From NCBI GenBank assembly GCA_010405405.1, contig MU004236.1, forward strand, positions 793,457 through 857,456: a stretch of 64,000 nucleotides of DNA. Reading direction: 5' to 3'. Below the pieces are notes generated by a model. The model saw only the letters and a program-made list of their open reading frames with translations, did no database searches and had not been told where the DNA came from. The DNA comes from Microthyrium microscopicum. Its lineage: Eukaryota. A program made the translations under genes and the position numbers. Below, one piece after another: positions 1-13,784 of the stretch (within the stretch, counting starts at the first letter, position 1; each line of letters begins with the position of its first letter).

Positions 1-1700
1 CTTAATTTTCCATAATTCTTATAAATTAGGAATATCTTTCCTATAATACTTTTCTAATTTAGAAATACCTTCACAAATAGCATTAATAAAATAATGTTTT
101 TCTAAATGCTCATTCATAGGATTATGTTCTTTATCTATAGCTAGTCTTTTAGCATCTAGTTATTTAAATAATCTATAAATATATAATAAAGTCTAGTTAA
201 TAGTAGTATAAACCTAACCTTATAATCTAATAGAAGGATAAGAGAAATATTCTAATATATCTCTTAGATTTTCTAAAGCATAAAAATCAACACTATTTAA
301 AGCTAATTGATTCTTAAACTTATTTTTAGATATATTTATAAAAATATATAAAACTGCCTTTTTAAGCTATAAAAAGCTAGAAATACAATTAAAAGTAGAA
401 TTCCATCTAGTATCATTATTAGGCAATATTCTATTAATTTTAATAGATTTAGGAATATCACCATCTTCTCTTAATACTTTTAAACTAGTAGCAAATAATC
501 GTTAATATAATCCAACGTATTTAATAGAAGTAATAATTCTTCTTACTTTAACTATTAATCCTAAAGGTTTAGTAAGATCTTCATCTTCTTTATCTTCTTC
601 TTCATCATCATCGTTAGTTAATTCTAGTATACTATTAATATATCTAGTTAAACTAACTTCAGTATCATAAGATACTAAAAAGTATTTTAAAATATCTTTA
701 GCTACTAAATTAATAATATAAGCTGCATAACGAATATTATAAAAATTAGTAGTATTTCTAGCTACATGATTTTTACGCATTAATTACTTTACTAAAGTAT
801 TATTATTACCTGCATTATCTCTAGTAAAACTAATAATATTTAACATAGATAAGCCGTAACTTTTTAAACAATTATTAAAAACTTCAGAAAGATAAACGCC
901 TATATAGCTTTTAGTTAATTCTTCAAAGCCTATTAACTTATATTGTACTTTAATATTATTATTAATATAAATTAATATAATACCTAAAAAGGCTATTTAA
1001 TTACAAGCTATCCAACCATCTAGAGTTATTAAAAAGTAATTTCCACTATTTACTACTAGTTAAATTTTATATTTTAATACTTTTAAACTATTAGAATATA
1101 TAGTTTCTAATAGGTTTTGAATATTACGACAATTTACTATAGGTCCAGTAACGTTATAATATTCTAAAAGATCTCTAAACGATTAAGAATCTATAGTATT
1201 AAAAGATAAGTTATTATCTACAACAAAAGCTAACACTAAGTGTAAAGCTTCTTGTTCTATAAACTCATAATTAGTACTAGAACGCATTCTTTTCCTATTA
1301 ATAGTATTACTACTACTAGCTGCTTACGTAAAAGGATTATTAGAAAGAGGATCTAAAGAACTAGCATTTTCTGCTTATTTAATTAAATATTCTTCTAAAG
1401 TATCCTTCTTTTCATAATCTCCTTTACTAGCAGCTATTAAAGGATATTAGCTAGTATAATGTTTAGCAAAGTTAGAGCTTAAAAAGTCCTTTACATCTTT
1501 AATTTTATTATAACCACAAATAATACAAGTTAATTTAAATTGCCTTTCTTTATTCCAATCTATAAGTAGTAGTTCTCTAGTAAAAAGACTATATTTAAAA
1601 ATATAGGCCATTCTACGAGTATTATTATTAGGAAAAGTATATATAGTTTAGTTTCATTTATCTCTTTTATATCAATTTAATCCAATAATAATTTAAGAAG
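1..1700 (-). pseudogene. RIP-inactivated hAT-family transposase (runs off the left edge)
   Basis: Minus-strand translation gives hAT hallmarks in order: CxxC...H BED-finger remnant (~1460-1530), TLDGWIA (first catalytic Asp, ~1000-1027), RDNAGNN (~800-822), RYAAYIINL (mutated RCxxHxxNL, ~710-735) and NDTRWNSTF (~390-425). Many TAA/TAG stops. Confidence 0.85.
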
Positions 1701-2768
1701 CACTATTACTAGGACCTATACTAGTATCTAAATTAGATAGTTAGCTAGCAGGTTAAGTATTAGGTAAATTAAGATTAGAATTAGTGTTATTTATCTTAAT
1801 ATTAATTATAGAACTTATTTTATAAATAAGAATAGAAATATAATAATAAGTATCTCTTTTATTTCTAGATTAAAATCTAGAGCTAAATAAGAAATTCTAA
1901 ATCAGTAGATCTATTAGAAATATACAAAAGTATATAGTATAAAATTTACTAGTCTTAAATAGTACAACTAAGTAAGAAGTAAATAAAAACAGAAAAGAAA
2001 TATTTTTTTACTATTTTTTATTTTTTTAGTTTTTTAATATAAATCTATATAGAATATAGAAAGATATAATATAATAACTCTAGTAAACTAGAGAATACTA
2101 TAAAAATAGATTAAGATAATAAAGAGTCTATAAAATAGCTAATAAATAACTAAGTTATAGAAAACTTAAGTAGAAATTAAGAAATAAAAACTATATTATA
2201 GAATAATAATAGCTTTTAAACTTTATTTTAGCTAAACAATAAAGAATAGCATATAGTATATACTATAAAGATAAATCTTAAATAGAATAAAGAAATATTA
2301 GAAAAAATATAAATATAATCTCTAATAAAAATAGTAATAAACTAAATTATAAAAGTTAGTAAAATATTTCTAAAATATAAATAAATAACTTACTACTAAT
2401 AATAATACTAAAAGTATAAAGTAGAAATACTACTAGAAAAGAAGCCTAAATTAAATATTAGAATATAGTAAAAAAAGTAAAAAAAAGTAAAAAAAAATAA
2501 AAATAAACTTACTAAAAAAAGCTATAAAAAGCTTTAAAAAAGTATTTTCTATACTTCTAAAAATAGAAATAAAAAGTAGAGACTACTTAGTAATATACTA
2601 AATAACTAAAAAAAAAGTTAGTTAAAAAAAGTAAAAAAAGTAAAAAAAACTTACTAGAAAAACCTATAAAAAAAGTAGGAATATATACCCTAAAAGAATA
2701 ATAATATATAAACTAGTTAAGAGTAATAGTACTTTAGAATATATTTCTAAAAAGTAATTTTTTTATAA

Positions 2769-2943
2769 AATTTAAGAAAGAAGAATTAAAAGAGAGGAAA
2801 GAGCACCTTATATAGAGATTTTAGATCAAATTAACTATAATCTAGCTTAGAATATAGTTAAACCAATTAGAATATAGTTAGTCTAATCTAAAATCTCTAT
2901 ATAAGTTGCCCTTCCCTCTCTTTTAATTCTTCTTTCTTAAATT
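2769..2943. repeat. Long inverted repeat/hairpin (~70-bp arms)
   Basis: aatttaagaaagaagaattaaaagagagg...ttaactata (2769-~2839) is the reverse complement of tatagtta...cttctttcttaaatt (~2873-2943). The few mismatches are mostly transitions. Confidence 0.9.
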
Positions 2944-3128
2944 ATTAAAGTTTTATCTTTTTAGTTTCTAGCTATAGCTAGCATCTAAAAGATATTATTT
3001 TTATATCCTTTTTTCCTCCTCTTTCTAGCTATAGTCTTCATCTAGCCTATCTTAGCCTAGTTTATAAGTTATTCTAATTTTTATAAAGATTTTTTTATTT
3101 TTTACTTTTATTAACTTTTTAAATTAGA

Positions 3129-4316
3129 ATGCCTCAGCTAGACCCCTACGCAATAGAACCTATTAGTAAGTAACTAAACCCTTTATATAACTAATACTAA
3201 TAACAATAGAGCGTTCTTTCTTACGTAAGCAGCTCACTAAAGCTTAGAGATTTTAAGCAGAGTTTTTAGGCTACTAAAATACCTTAATTTCAAACGAAAG
3301 AATGTCCAATCTTAAAATCTTTATTCTAAAAAGGGATAGCGCCATTAATAGCCCTCATTTAGGCTATATAGTCTTCTTTACAGACGAACAGAAACTTAAA
3401 TATACCTATTTTAGTATCAAAAACAACCTACTTTACTAAGGAATTAATCTTAATTATACTTTTACTATATATTACGCTCTAGAAGTACGTAAGATTAACA
3501 TAAATTACACCTTCCTACATAATCAAGTAGATACTACTATACCCATTCTGTCTACTACTATCTAGATTTAGACTAGTATAGGTCGTTAATAAATAATTAA
3601 TACACTAGTATTAAGTACGAATTAGTTAGGGCTAAAAACAGCCTTTGAAAAGCAACTTGAAAGGTATCTGGAAGCTACAAAGTAAGTAATATTCTTTTAT
3701 TTTATTAATTAATTAATTAAATAATTAATAACTAATTATTAAATAGATCTCCTCCAAGCCCTAGTTACGAACTATCTTCTCCTCCTACTAGTGCTTTTCA
3801 ATTTAGGATCCTAAGGTAAGTTATATTCTATTATTTTATTAATTAATATCTAATAAATAATAGTCATCCTAAAAGCCTTGTTTTTAGACCCTAAGAAGCA
3901 ACTATTTAGGAAGCTCTTCATATGCTTACTAAAAAGCATTCAGCCTAAAAAGCTACTAAAAAAGAAGCTATAAAAGCTAAAAGAGCAGCTTTTAGAGCTA
4001 AATCACAACAAAAGCACTTAGATAAAGTAGCAAACGATCAGGCTGTTAAAAAGGCTAAAAAAGCAGCTACCGCTATTAAGCATATAGCTCATATTATAAG
4101 TTACTAATTATTATTAATTTTAATACTTTAGCTAATTTCTTTTAGGCAGAAAAACAGACTTTAGCAAAGCCAAAACCAGTAGCTTTTAAAATGGCTCTAG
4201 ACGATTATATTTCCAAATTAGGAAATACTTCTTATCTTAGCGCTAGTTTTATTACTACCATTAATAAAGAAGATAAAGTAGACTTTAAACAAGAAGATTT
4301 AGATGTTACAGATTAG
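3129..4316 (+). pseudogene. RIP-degenerate spliced ORF of unknown function within the repeat block
   Basis: ATG at 3129 (MPQLDPYA...), higher GC than flanks, GTAAGT...CTAAT...TAG intron signals (~3682-3746, ~3816-3863) and Lys/Ala-rich coding-like stretches interrupted by stops. Confidence 0.35.
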
Positions 4317-7047
4317 TAGTTCTTATTTTTAGTTTTTGTTTTTACATCTACACTCATTTAGTTTTTCTTTTATACTAAAACAAAGGGAAAAGATAGCCTA
4401 GAAAATACAGTATTTTTTTCTAATTATAATGCATATCTTTTTATATCTTATCTTTTAGTTATAACTATAATAACTATTAAAGTATAATATTATTCTAAGA
4501 ATTTATATTATTAAAATTAAATTTAGATAAGAGAAACTAAATACGCTATACTATAGAGCCTAGTGTTCTCTATAGTATACTAAGTTTATTAAATTAAAAT
4601 TCTAAGTATTTACTAGTAATAATAAATAATTAAGAATATACATTTTTATATTAAATATTTATAATAATTATAACTATTATTTATACTAAATATAACTACT
4701 TATATATAGAACTAGCTATACTAAAGTAAATTATATCTTTATAACCTCTTTACTACTACTATAAAATAATATATAGTTACTTTTAAGTAATAAACATTAT
4801 AAAAAGATATATAACTACTATAAATAGTTAATTATAAACTAAAACTAACGTACTAGCTTATAATAGCTATATTTATTAGTATAATATAGTACAAATATTA
4901 TCTTATTCTCTTATAGTTATAGCTATAATAAATAAATAAGAAGTTTATTTATTTATTATATTATTTTATAAATCTATTTATATCTCTATAAATAATAGTA
5001 TATAAGAAAAACTAAGACAAGATTTAGATTCTCCTAGTCTAGAGCTATCAAATGCTATAGTTTTTATTAAAAAATAATTAAGTTTAGTATAAAAACTAGT
5101 ATTTACTATTACACTATTATAATAGTAATTATAATAGTTTTTACTAGAGTAGTATTATTAAATACTAGTATTAGAATAGAGTAATCTTAGAGCATACTAG
5201 ATAGTAGTATAGTAGAATAGCGCTAAAATTTTCTCGTACTAGTATTAGAATAGAGTAGACTAGACTAATAATAGAGTAGTTTATACTAAGTAGTTTACCA
5301 ACCCTGGAGGTAACGAACTCTGGGACCGAATGATAGCTAGGAAGGTACTCTTCTCGTAACTGTGACCTGATTGAATACCAAAGATGGTACTGGGCAGGCA
5401 TCTGCTCGTGGGTATCAAGGCAATTGTAACCTGCAACGGTTTGCTTCTTCGGGGTTCCTGAACAGGGCTCTCGAGTCTCGACAGATGCATCCCACGCCGC
5501 TCACCTGATTTGATAACATGTCCCTGGACTTCGATTCATCTCATCATTAACCCTGGAATGCATCAAGCAATTGGGCGGGCAGCTCTTAGAGTCAATCGAT
5601 CCCAAGCAATCCCAACCAGGAATCTGCACATGGCTCAAAACTGACGGTTTCTTGTCAAATCTGATCCTCTGGAACGAAGCCTTTTGGCCTCCCCAGCGCC
5701 CATGCAGCCTATCGCACGTTCCTTGGCTAGAAGGATGCATTGTGCAGATGTCGAGCGCGAGGTGCCCTGGATCCGGATATCAGTATTTGCAATATTGGTT
5801 TGCGGAGACAGCTTTTGGTGTTTGTCTGCCTCTCCGATTAAACAACGTCTTTAAACTCTCCACCACCAACCACACGCTTCCAACTCTGCGGCATCTGTAA
5901 TTCAGTCAATGCTCCACCATGTCTTGGACAATTTGCCAATTTAAGCACCTCTTTTGGCAATGGCTGGAGCCACAATACCGCCCCCGCTCTGGGCCCCCGT
6001 AAAGCCTGTCGAGCGGCTCGATTCCCATTTGCCGCCTGGTGTCACCCCCGTACAGAAACTATTCCTCTTTGGCAATCTCGTGGCTGAAGGCATCTCGCAA
6101 ATGCCCCTAGCTCCCCGTGCTCCCTTAGATGCCGTCGAGGGCGTTGGAGCGATTCTCAATCCTCTCCAGCCTCGAAGCCAACCTGCGTGGCCCCGGAAGT
6201 TGTGCTGGTGCATGCCACCCTATTTTCCTTTCCCCCATCGCTCACTGCTCAGAGCCTTGTCGCCCATCGTCCGTCTTCCAGTAGCACTTCCACCCAGGCT
6301 CTCAAGGCTCGCCAGCCTGGTCAGCGCTCAAGCTGGTGGTAACGCTGGTCCGGCACTCCGAAGAGCCTGGAGGCCATAATAATGGCTCATAGCATGGTCC
6401 AAGCATGCTCACTGGTCTCGCATGGGTCGTAAACAGACTATCTTTTCGACCTTCCCAGGCGTTCGAGCTTGAGACAGACGTCCAGGGGGCAATATTTGTC
6501 TTCGCTTCCCGCGCTGTTCCCGCTCTTGCATCCGTTCTAAGAGGCTTGCTCTCCACCTTACTAGCCTTGATCTTCCTGCATCTTCTACTTCTTCTTCATC
6601 TGCTGCTGCTGCTTGCTTGTGTTCCTGTGCTCTAATCCTACCCTTACTGCACTGTCGGATTACTTCCTGCACACGTCCGCCTTCCGTGCATTATCCTCAA
6701 CCTCCCCATCTTCGCATGTAGCAATACAACGACTTTGAGCTACCTTCCAACCGGTCCAAGTGTCTGTTTGTGCAAGCCGCTAAACGAACGGACGTACGGA
6801 GTAACTCGACATTGTTCATCCTCAGGAACTATCAAACCGGAGACATACCAGTTACATATTAGTGTACAACAAAGCATATACGCACCAGGATAGCTTCCTT
6901 TCGCCTTGATCGGTCAGCCTCTTCTCAGCCTCGTCCATCCCTTTCCACGTGTTTTGCGCTCTCAAATGTCGACATCCGTCCCAACATTAGAACATTAGCA
7001 GATAGACAGCTTTCTCTCTCACTCTGCAGGAGCTCAAGCCTCTGAGC

Positions 7048-8750
7048 ATGGACCCTGACCAACATCCCCACGACCAGAATAACGGGATGCATGACGTTCA
7101 TGGAATGTGGGTGGAAGGGGGAACCCCATATCAATCTCACCATCAATCTCCGGTTCATGAGTACCCTGGATTTGCATTCAATGGCATGTCAATGGATTCA
7201 GTATATGCGCCAAACTCCATGCCACCACCAACACGAAATACACAACCACAGCTCTATCCCCTTATAACAACACCATGGCCAAGTATGCTGACCTCCAGTC
7301 AATCGAATCATGGAACACCTGTATACAATTCACCTCCAGCTTCTGGAACTTCAGTATCAACACCAATGTCCGCACCTCCAACTTCAGGAAGGACATACGA
7401 CAGACCGAGAAGAACGTTAACAGATGTTGAACGGAGAAAAATGTGTGAATACTCGGAAACTCATCCGGGAGTAAAGCAAACGGAGATAGGAGGTAAGTTT
7501 AAAGAGTCAAAGCTCATCTACATGAAAAGCTAACAACTAGTCCAGCCATGTTTGGAGTGGAACGAAGGTATGCATATGTTGTGCTCTTTGCTTGTTCCCG
7601 CTGACCTGTGCACAGTACCGTTTCAAAGGTTCTGAGGAATAAAGAAAAATACCTATCCCAGGATGAGAGCGCAAAGACGCAGCTAAAGGCAAAAGGCAAA
7701 TTCCCAGACATTGAACGCGCACTTTCCAACTGGGCCAAAAATGAGAAAAAGCACAATCGACCAGTTACAGACGCGCAGATATTGGAGAAGTTCAAGCATT
7801 TTGCGAGAACAGTGAGAGATCCCGATCAACAACTCAAATCTGTCAATACCAGCTGGCTTGCTGGCTTCAAGCAAAAGAATGGTATCAACACTTCTAAATC
7901 GAGGAAGAATTCAGCCGCTGAAGTTGCCGATACAAGAGAAAGCGTGGAATCGAGTGTACCAACTCCAAACATATCACCAACTTCGCCTCAAATCAAGCGC
8001 GATGCGTCACCATCCGGTATTGATATTTTGAAAGAGGAGAAACTACCCAAGAAAATCAAGTCCGAAAGCCCACCTGCACATTTCTCAGACGCTGGCCATG
8101 GGCACCGCCCCTATGCTTCTATTGGGAGTGCCTTTACCGATGTTGGCTCAATATCGTTTTCTACTGACACACTCAGCCCGACGCCGTCGTTCTTTTCCAA
8201 TACCAATCCCTTCAATAACCAGCAACCTGTTCAGCCAGTACATGCTGGAATGAACACAGGATATCAGAACACTAGACCACGTAGTCAAACATTCCCGATA
8301 GGAACGAGTGCTGACAATGGTTCCTACGCATCGACACCTACCTCAGACGCGCAAATGTCACATTTTCTAATGGCATCCGGACCACTCGAATCAACCCCGG
8401 AGCTGCTTCCCACAGCTCATACGCAAGAATCCTTTCTTCCAACAACGTCAATGTCTAAAGAAGGCACTTCTTCCCCAGGTCTTGGTCTAATAGCATCATC
8501 ACCTCTTACTCCAGCAGCGTCAGTCGCATCAGTTTCAACGCCTTCTATTGACGAAACGCGACGAGCCTTGGAGGTTGTCCTTACCTTCATGAATCAACAG
8601 CATGCCATGAATGAGCAAGAATTCCAAGTGATGGCAAAGTTGATGGAGAAGCTTCGACTGCAATCCGGTCATGCTGGTGAGATACCTGGTAGCAGACTAC
8701 ACTCGATTAGTGAGGCTGTATTCCCTCTTGGACGCAGCATTGCCGAGTAA
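7048..8750 (+). CDS. CENP-B/Psq-type helix-turn-helix DNA-binding protein (no DDE domain); 3 exons
   Basis: RRTLTDVERRKMC...KQTEIG|AMFGVER|STVSKVL is the CENP-B N-terminal HTH, and GKFPDIERAL..W...W..GFK is the second HTH. Introns at ~7493-7545 and ~7568-7615 flank a 22-nt micro-exon. Confidence 0.85.
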
Positions 8751-10209
8751 AGCAAACACATTGGAGCCCTTTGCAGTGAACTCTTCGTTCCTCGCAGGGC
8801 TTCGTACGACGCAAAGAGTCAACGATCTGGGGGAACATTTCGACGCAGAGCTTTTCTTATTGGCCACTCTCTGGAGTTACACGGATGGTATCTCTTTCTC
8901 ACTCTGAACTGAACGCATTTCCTATTCTAGCATGACTGGGCGAGTCTCAGACTCGGCGGGTTTGCATTTGTTTCAGGGGACAATTTTCCAAGGTTTCTGT
9001 CATCGAAAAGCAGGTATTTGTAAGGGAAAAAAGAGCCCGACGGGAAATCCGATAGCACAAACGGGTGGAATGCATAATCCTGGCCCCCGGCCACGTCGTT
9101 ATTCGATCACGTTTTTTTCTGTCCTCCTCGCCTTTTCCCACTGCAACGCTGCCAAATCTCTTTCTTTCAATGGATAGCGTTTTCTTGTTAGCTTCCAAGG
9201 CGCCCTCGCATCATTTTTTCATTCCTCGTACATGGACCCTCGCGGGACAAAAAACGGGAAATCTCATCAACGATACTACTCTACGGCTGGCTACATATCT
9301 CTCCACGCAACTTTTCAACGAACCGGATATACACCGGCCGAAAGAACACCCTGTAGCCATTTTCTTTCTTCTATTCTCTCTTACTTTGCTGGGATTTTTG
9401 TATTCCGTTGTTTCTCTGTACCTGGGTGGGTTACTGGAAGAGCGTGAAAATCAGGATGATATATGGACCAAGTCTCTCTCACGAGGGCATCAAATTTCTT
9501 TTTTTAAAACTTCTTCACAACTACCCGATTCTTCACTAGCCTTGAACATTTCCTACTTCATTTCTTTTTGGTTAACATTTTCGTTGGCACTTTTCTTCGT
9601 CCTTGTCGCTTTCTTTCGGTGTTTCACAAAAAACAATATCTTCCCATACAGAACGGTACAACACGCGCGAGCGGGGCTGGATGTAGAACCTTTTGCTAGT
9701 AACTTGTAGTTAGTACAGCAACTGTTTCCCTTTTGCCTTACCAATTCGGGATGGATTCAGCGAGGGTAGGAATGGTTGTGTTTTCTCCAATTTCGGGTTA
9801 TTCGCATCTCTTGCCATTCTTCTTGTTTTTTGGAATGTTTGCTTTGATATTGGGCCAGTTCTCCGCCATGGTCCTATTTGTTGCTGAAGGGCTTGGTGGT
9901 TGGAAGGAAGATCATGGCTTGGAGCGTTTGAGATGGGGAAACTAGCACTCGATGGTAACTTATTTTCCGGTTGTCATAGCGAATACTTTGATGAAACGAC
10001 TGAGGAGAACTAGCAATGGATCATTCGATGATTATGATACTATCTTCCTTTCGACGTGATCTTGTCCTTAGGTTGTGCTTTGGGCCTGGGCTATCTAGCA
10101 TCACAGCTTTTTTGACGCTTTCGAAGTTGCATTTGTTACGCTCTTGCATTACTACAACTTCTCTAATCTTTACTACTACTACTACTACATTCTGGTAACG
10201 TTGCAAGCG

Positions 10210-13200
10210 TCAGGCAACATGCAATTTAGTGCCAAGGCGCTCTTGTAGTAGACGACTTGGGCCTTGTTCAGCCAATTCTGGTATCAGTCTCACAAGAACA
10301 AGTTCCAGCAGGGCAAACACTAGATGCTTGTTTAAATACGCGTCACCAAGAACGTCTAACCAGGCGTCAATGGCTTTCATTTGGACAGCAGGATCCTTGC
10401 TTGCAAAGTAGGTCGCACGAAGAGCAGTGGGGATGGTGCTCAGCACAGTCTCTGCGCATCGCTGTTTGATGGCAGCGATGGCAATGGCGTCAGGTATTGG
10501 CTTTGCATGGCGCGGAAAGGTGTTGGCTGGGAAAAATGTACGACGCAATGACCGCAAAACGGTTGGAATATGGGCGGGGTTCAGGAGAATACTTTGAACA
10601 CTATGCGCCAGCAGTCTGGGAAAAAATGAGTTGTCAGCAAGGGTGTTCAATGGCTGTAAATCAAGCGGGCTAAAGGCAAGGCGCGACCCTCAACAGTTGT
10701 GTAAGTAACTTCAATGGCAGAGTTCATTTCACGAGATTTTTCGGACCTCGTGGCTTGTGCAATGGATGCATGAAATAGGTCCAAATCAATAGTGACCAAT
10801 GTACTCAATTGGACCCATAAGATTTGGATTTTTGGAAGTGACGTTGGCAGAAAGTCATCCCGTGACAGCTAGTCAGCGCGGACACCCGCTTTCAATGCAT
10901 CATGGCACCAAATGAGCGGATATTTCGTGTTATGTGCATAGACAGGTGGTACATGGCATCGTGCTGGAAGAATTGGTGGACATGTCGACACGGTGATTTG
11001 TCAGTCAGCGGTCTGGGCATTAAGCCATTGGAGAAGGCATGTCTCACGGTGCAATGGAATGGACAGCTGAGGCAGGTGGTTGTCGAAACAGATGCCTTGG
11101 ACCAAGGATGTGGACATTGTAAGTTGAGGGGAAAGGCGGCGGAGATGAGAGTTGAATATGCAGGTAGTAGTTTTGGGATCAACTACGGCAATTAGTTCTT
11201 GATGGAGTTGGTCTTCAAGGGGAATAGTGGCCAGGATCAACAAGGATCAGTCGACTGTGCATTTTAGGTGGGTCATCCTGGATCATCCTGGTGTGTGTTT
11301 TGCTGGTTGACCCAGATTGCTGGAAGCTCTCAAGCTCCTGCAGCTCCATGGCTCGCATGGCTTAAGCCGGTCGCCGGACAAGGGCATGTGCGAGAATGGA
11401 ACAAAATACAAAATGTGCTTTTTCGTCGCATTCTTTTCCTCCTTGACTCGTCGCTTCAAAGTGCCCAAACGTTGAGCAGTTGACACTTGACAGTAAGCGA
11501 TAAAGTGACATATTACGGCATCTGGCACGAGTGAGCGCGGCATCAGGCTTCGGCACGGCCTGGCCCGTGGCGGCGCGTAAACGGGCTCGATGGCTGGCCA
11601 GAATTGCGATAGTTGTGCAGCTCTGCAGCTTGGTGCAGCGTCAAGCTTCAGACAGCCAGCTGCAAGCCAAAAACTAGTACGAGGCCTCGAAGAAGCTCTG
11701 GAATTCGACATGTTTCAACTTTCGGGGGTATCAGGATTCGCGCTCGCTCGCTTGATTGTGACGGCCCCAACTGGCGGTATCGATAATAAGCAAGTTAGGC
11801 CGCCTTCCGGGCTAGTGTAGGCGAGAATGTTTGCTGCATAATCGGCCATGCCACTCCTAACATGGTCCTAGACATGCTGATATCCAGATCTCCAGTAGAT
11901 GAGATATGAATATGTGAACCCTCGTCGAATAGTCCGGGTAAAGACGGTTGGCACCCATCGCGTGTTCATGCGGTGTACCAAGTCGAGGTCGCCTGTTGCG
12001 CTGCCAACGGTCCAGTGCCAGCAGCCGGTGGTGATATTGGGTTGCCGATCCCTGGCATGGTCCCTCGTTCGTTAGATCAAGGTATTCAAGGTTTGCATCT
12101 GCCATTCAGCGTTGGAAAGCCAGCTTCTTGCATCTGACTGGCTCACCGCAGTCCCGTGACTAAAAACTGATGCGAGAAATCTGGCTCTGAGTGGCCCCCC
12201 TCGTGTCAATGGCCAGCCCCCAGGCCTGTCGCACCATCCCCCTCCCTAACGTTGCTCGCCCTCTGCCCCTGGTGTCCAGACAGTCCAATAACCATGACCA
12301 TGTGAGATACCGGAAGCAGTCCATTCATAGAGCCTGGCCATGGTGGATGTACGTTGCCGAATCCGATTAAATGACACGTCCGTCCGTCTGAGCGCGCCAG
12401 AAACATCACCAATCGTCGCTGCCAGGTCGCCATACCCACTTCCGAAGAGCACTAGGAAAGGTTAAGACTCACCTATCAAGGATCCCGTTTGTTCCTCCCA
12501 TCTGGCCGAGCCTTGACACTGCCGTCAGTTGTGCTAAAGAAAGCAATCCTGATACCCAGGGCATACGCTTTTGCAATTCCATGAGATTCGCGGCCGTACG
12601 CCAAGCACCCATGCTGATGATTGGGCGGCCTTCCGACTGCGGCTGTTCCGTATCGATTGTTGCACTGGCAGTTTGTGCCCGTAGTGGCAGTTTCGACGAT
12701 GACAGCATCAGTAACAGCACTGCGCGCCCTGCCGTAAAGAGGACAATGCCATAATTCAGAGCGATCCACACCATTTTTGTCATTGAAGGCGTCCTTGCCG
12801 TATTGGGCAGTGCATCTGGCCCTCCATCTTCCGTGCTTGAATTAGATGAATGATTCAGCAAGCCATACTGTGCCAGCCGGCTTGCGGGACTCTTAGCCGG
12901 TGAATTGCTCTTCTGTGCTTCGTCCTTGCTTTTGTCGTGACTTTGACGTAGAGGGCCATCATTTCCTCGCTCTTGAACAGCATGTATCGCATTGGTGATC
13001 AGCTCCCATAGTGCCCAAGGTTCGCATAGTCGATTGCTCAGAACATTGCCGACTATCATTTCTGCAACAATCTCTTCTACAAGCGAGCGGAGACAATCAT
13101 TCTGCAAATCCTCCGTCGGCAATAGAACAGCAAGTACGCTCTGTACTAGCATGTGCCGCCAAGCTTGCTCATTCTTTTTCTGCTCCGAGAGCTCTTCATT

Positions 13201-13784
13201 ATCAGAGTGTTCAGGAACTGGCTCCAAAGCCGGATGTGGATGCATAGTATGGTAGACCATTCTCGTGGCAGGCGCCAATGGTTGAGATTCAGATTGATGG
13301 GCAATTCGAAAAGCTGTATGAAAGCAATCATGCACACGTTAGCTATTCCAGTCTTCTATTTCCCATTCGGTCAAGAAAATGCCATCCAAGACTAACCCGA
13401 TATATGACCATCTATAACTGCAGGTATCTCGTCCAACAAGAGTGCTTCCAGATCAACGTCGCGCAGTCTTTCTTCCAATGCTCTTGTACAATGCGCAATG
13501 ATCTGAATGATTTCATCCACAAAAGCATGATCAGGCGTTATTTTGCCGTACCAAGCCTGTACAAACTCCTTCAAAATGACCCCGATGATGGCATAAAGCT
13601 GAAGGTCTACCGCGTTGGAGCTGGAAAGTGGCGGTAGAAGCTCGTGGATCGATCGCGGTGGGCCAGCGGATATCGCATGATGGGCGCAAAGAGTTCGGCG
13701 AACATATGAGGCCGTAGCTTTATCGTCAATGTTGGTAGGGAACGGCGACACTGGCCTTGGAGCGGCCGACACTCGAGTGTCCAT
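10210..13784 (-). CDS. PXA-domain protein with sorting-nexin C-terminal-like region; 3 exons, 1857-nt second intron
   Basis: PXA motif VDLQLYAIIGVILKEFVQAWYGKITPD..F and HPAL...VLAVLLP.EDL.N. Exon 2 ends ...GILD-AG|GTGAGT at 12472. The branch GCTGAC plus CAG acceptor at 10616 restores the frame into RLLAHSVQ...NKHLVFALLELVLVRLIPEL. Confidence 0.85.

Larger units (their letters stand above)
1..5290. mobile_element. AT-rich, RIP-degenerate transposon block
   Basis: Very low GC, strong TpA excess and CpA/TpG depletion, with stop-riddled protein remnants. Abrupt return to balanced base composition at ~5290. This is the typical outcome of repeat-induced point mutation. Confidence 0.9.

Noticed and set aside
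5500..7047. Short overlapping ORFs upstream of the CENP-B-like gene
   Set aside because: No recognisable domains; pyrimidine-rich promoter/5' UTR character. uORF function cannot be judged from sequence alone.
7048..8750. Active pogo/Tc1 transposase
   Set aside because: Only the HTH domains are present, with no DDE domain or TIRs. It has introns and no RIP damage, so it is a domesticated host gene.
8932..9945. ORFs such as 9065-9709 (214 aa, hydrophobic)
   Set aside because: T-rich sequence consistent with a long 3' UTR of the CENP-B-like gene. The Phe/Leu bias follows from composition, and there are no motifs.
10616..12472. Telomerase RNA call for the long intron (size fits Pezizomycotina TRs)
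   Set aside because: No 1.5-repeat TTAGGG template was found on either strand (best is ccctaac at 12245, 7 nt), so it cannot be supported by eye.
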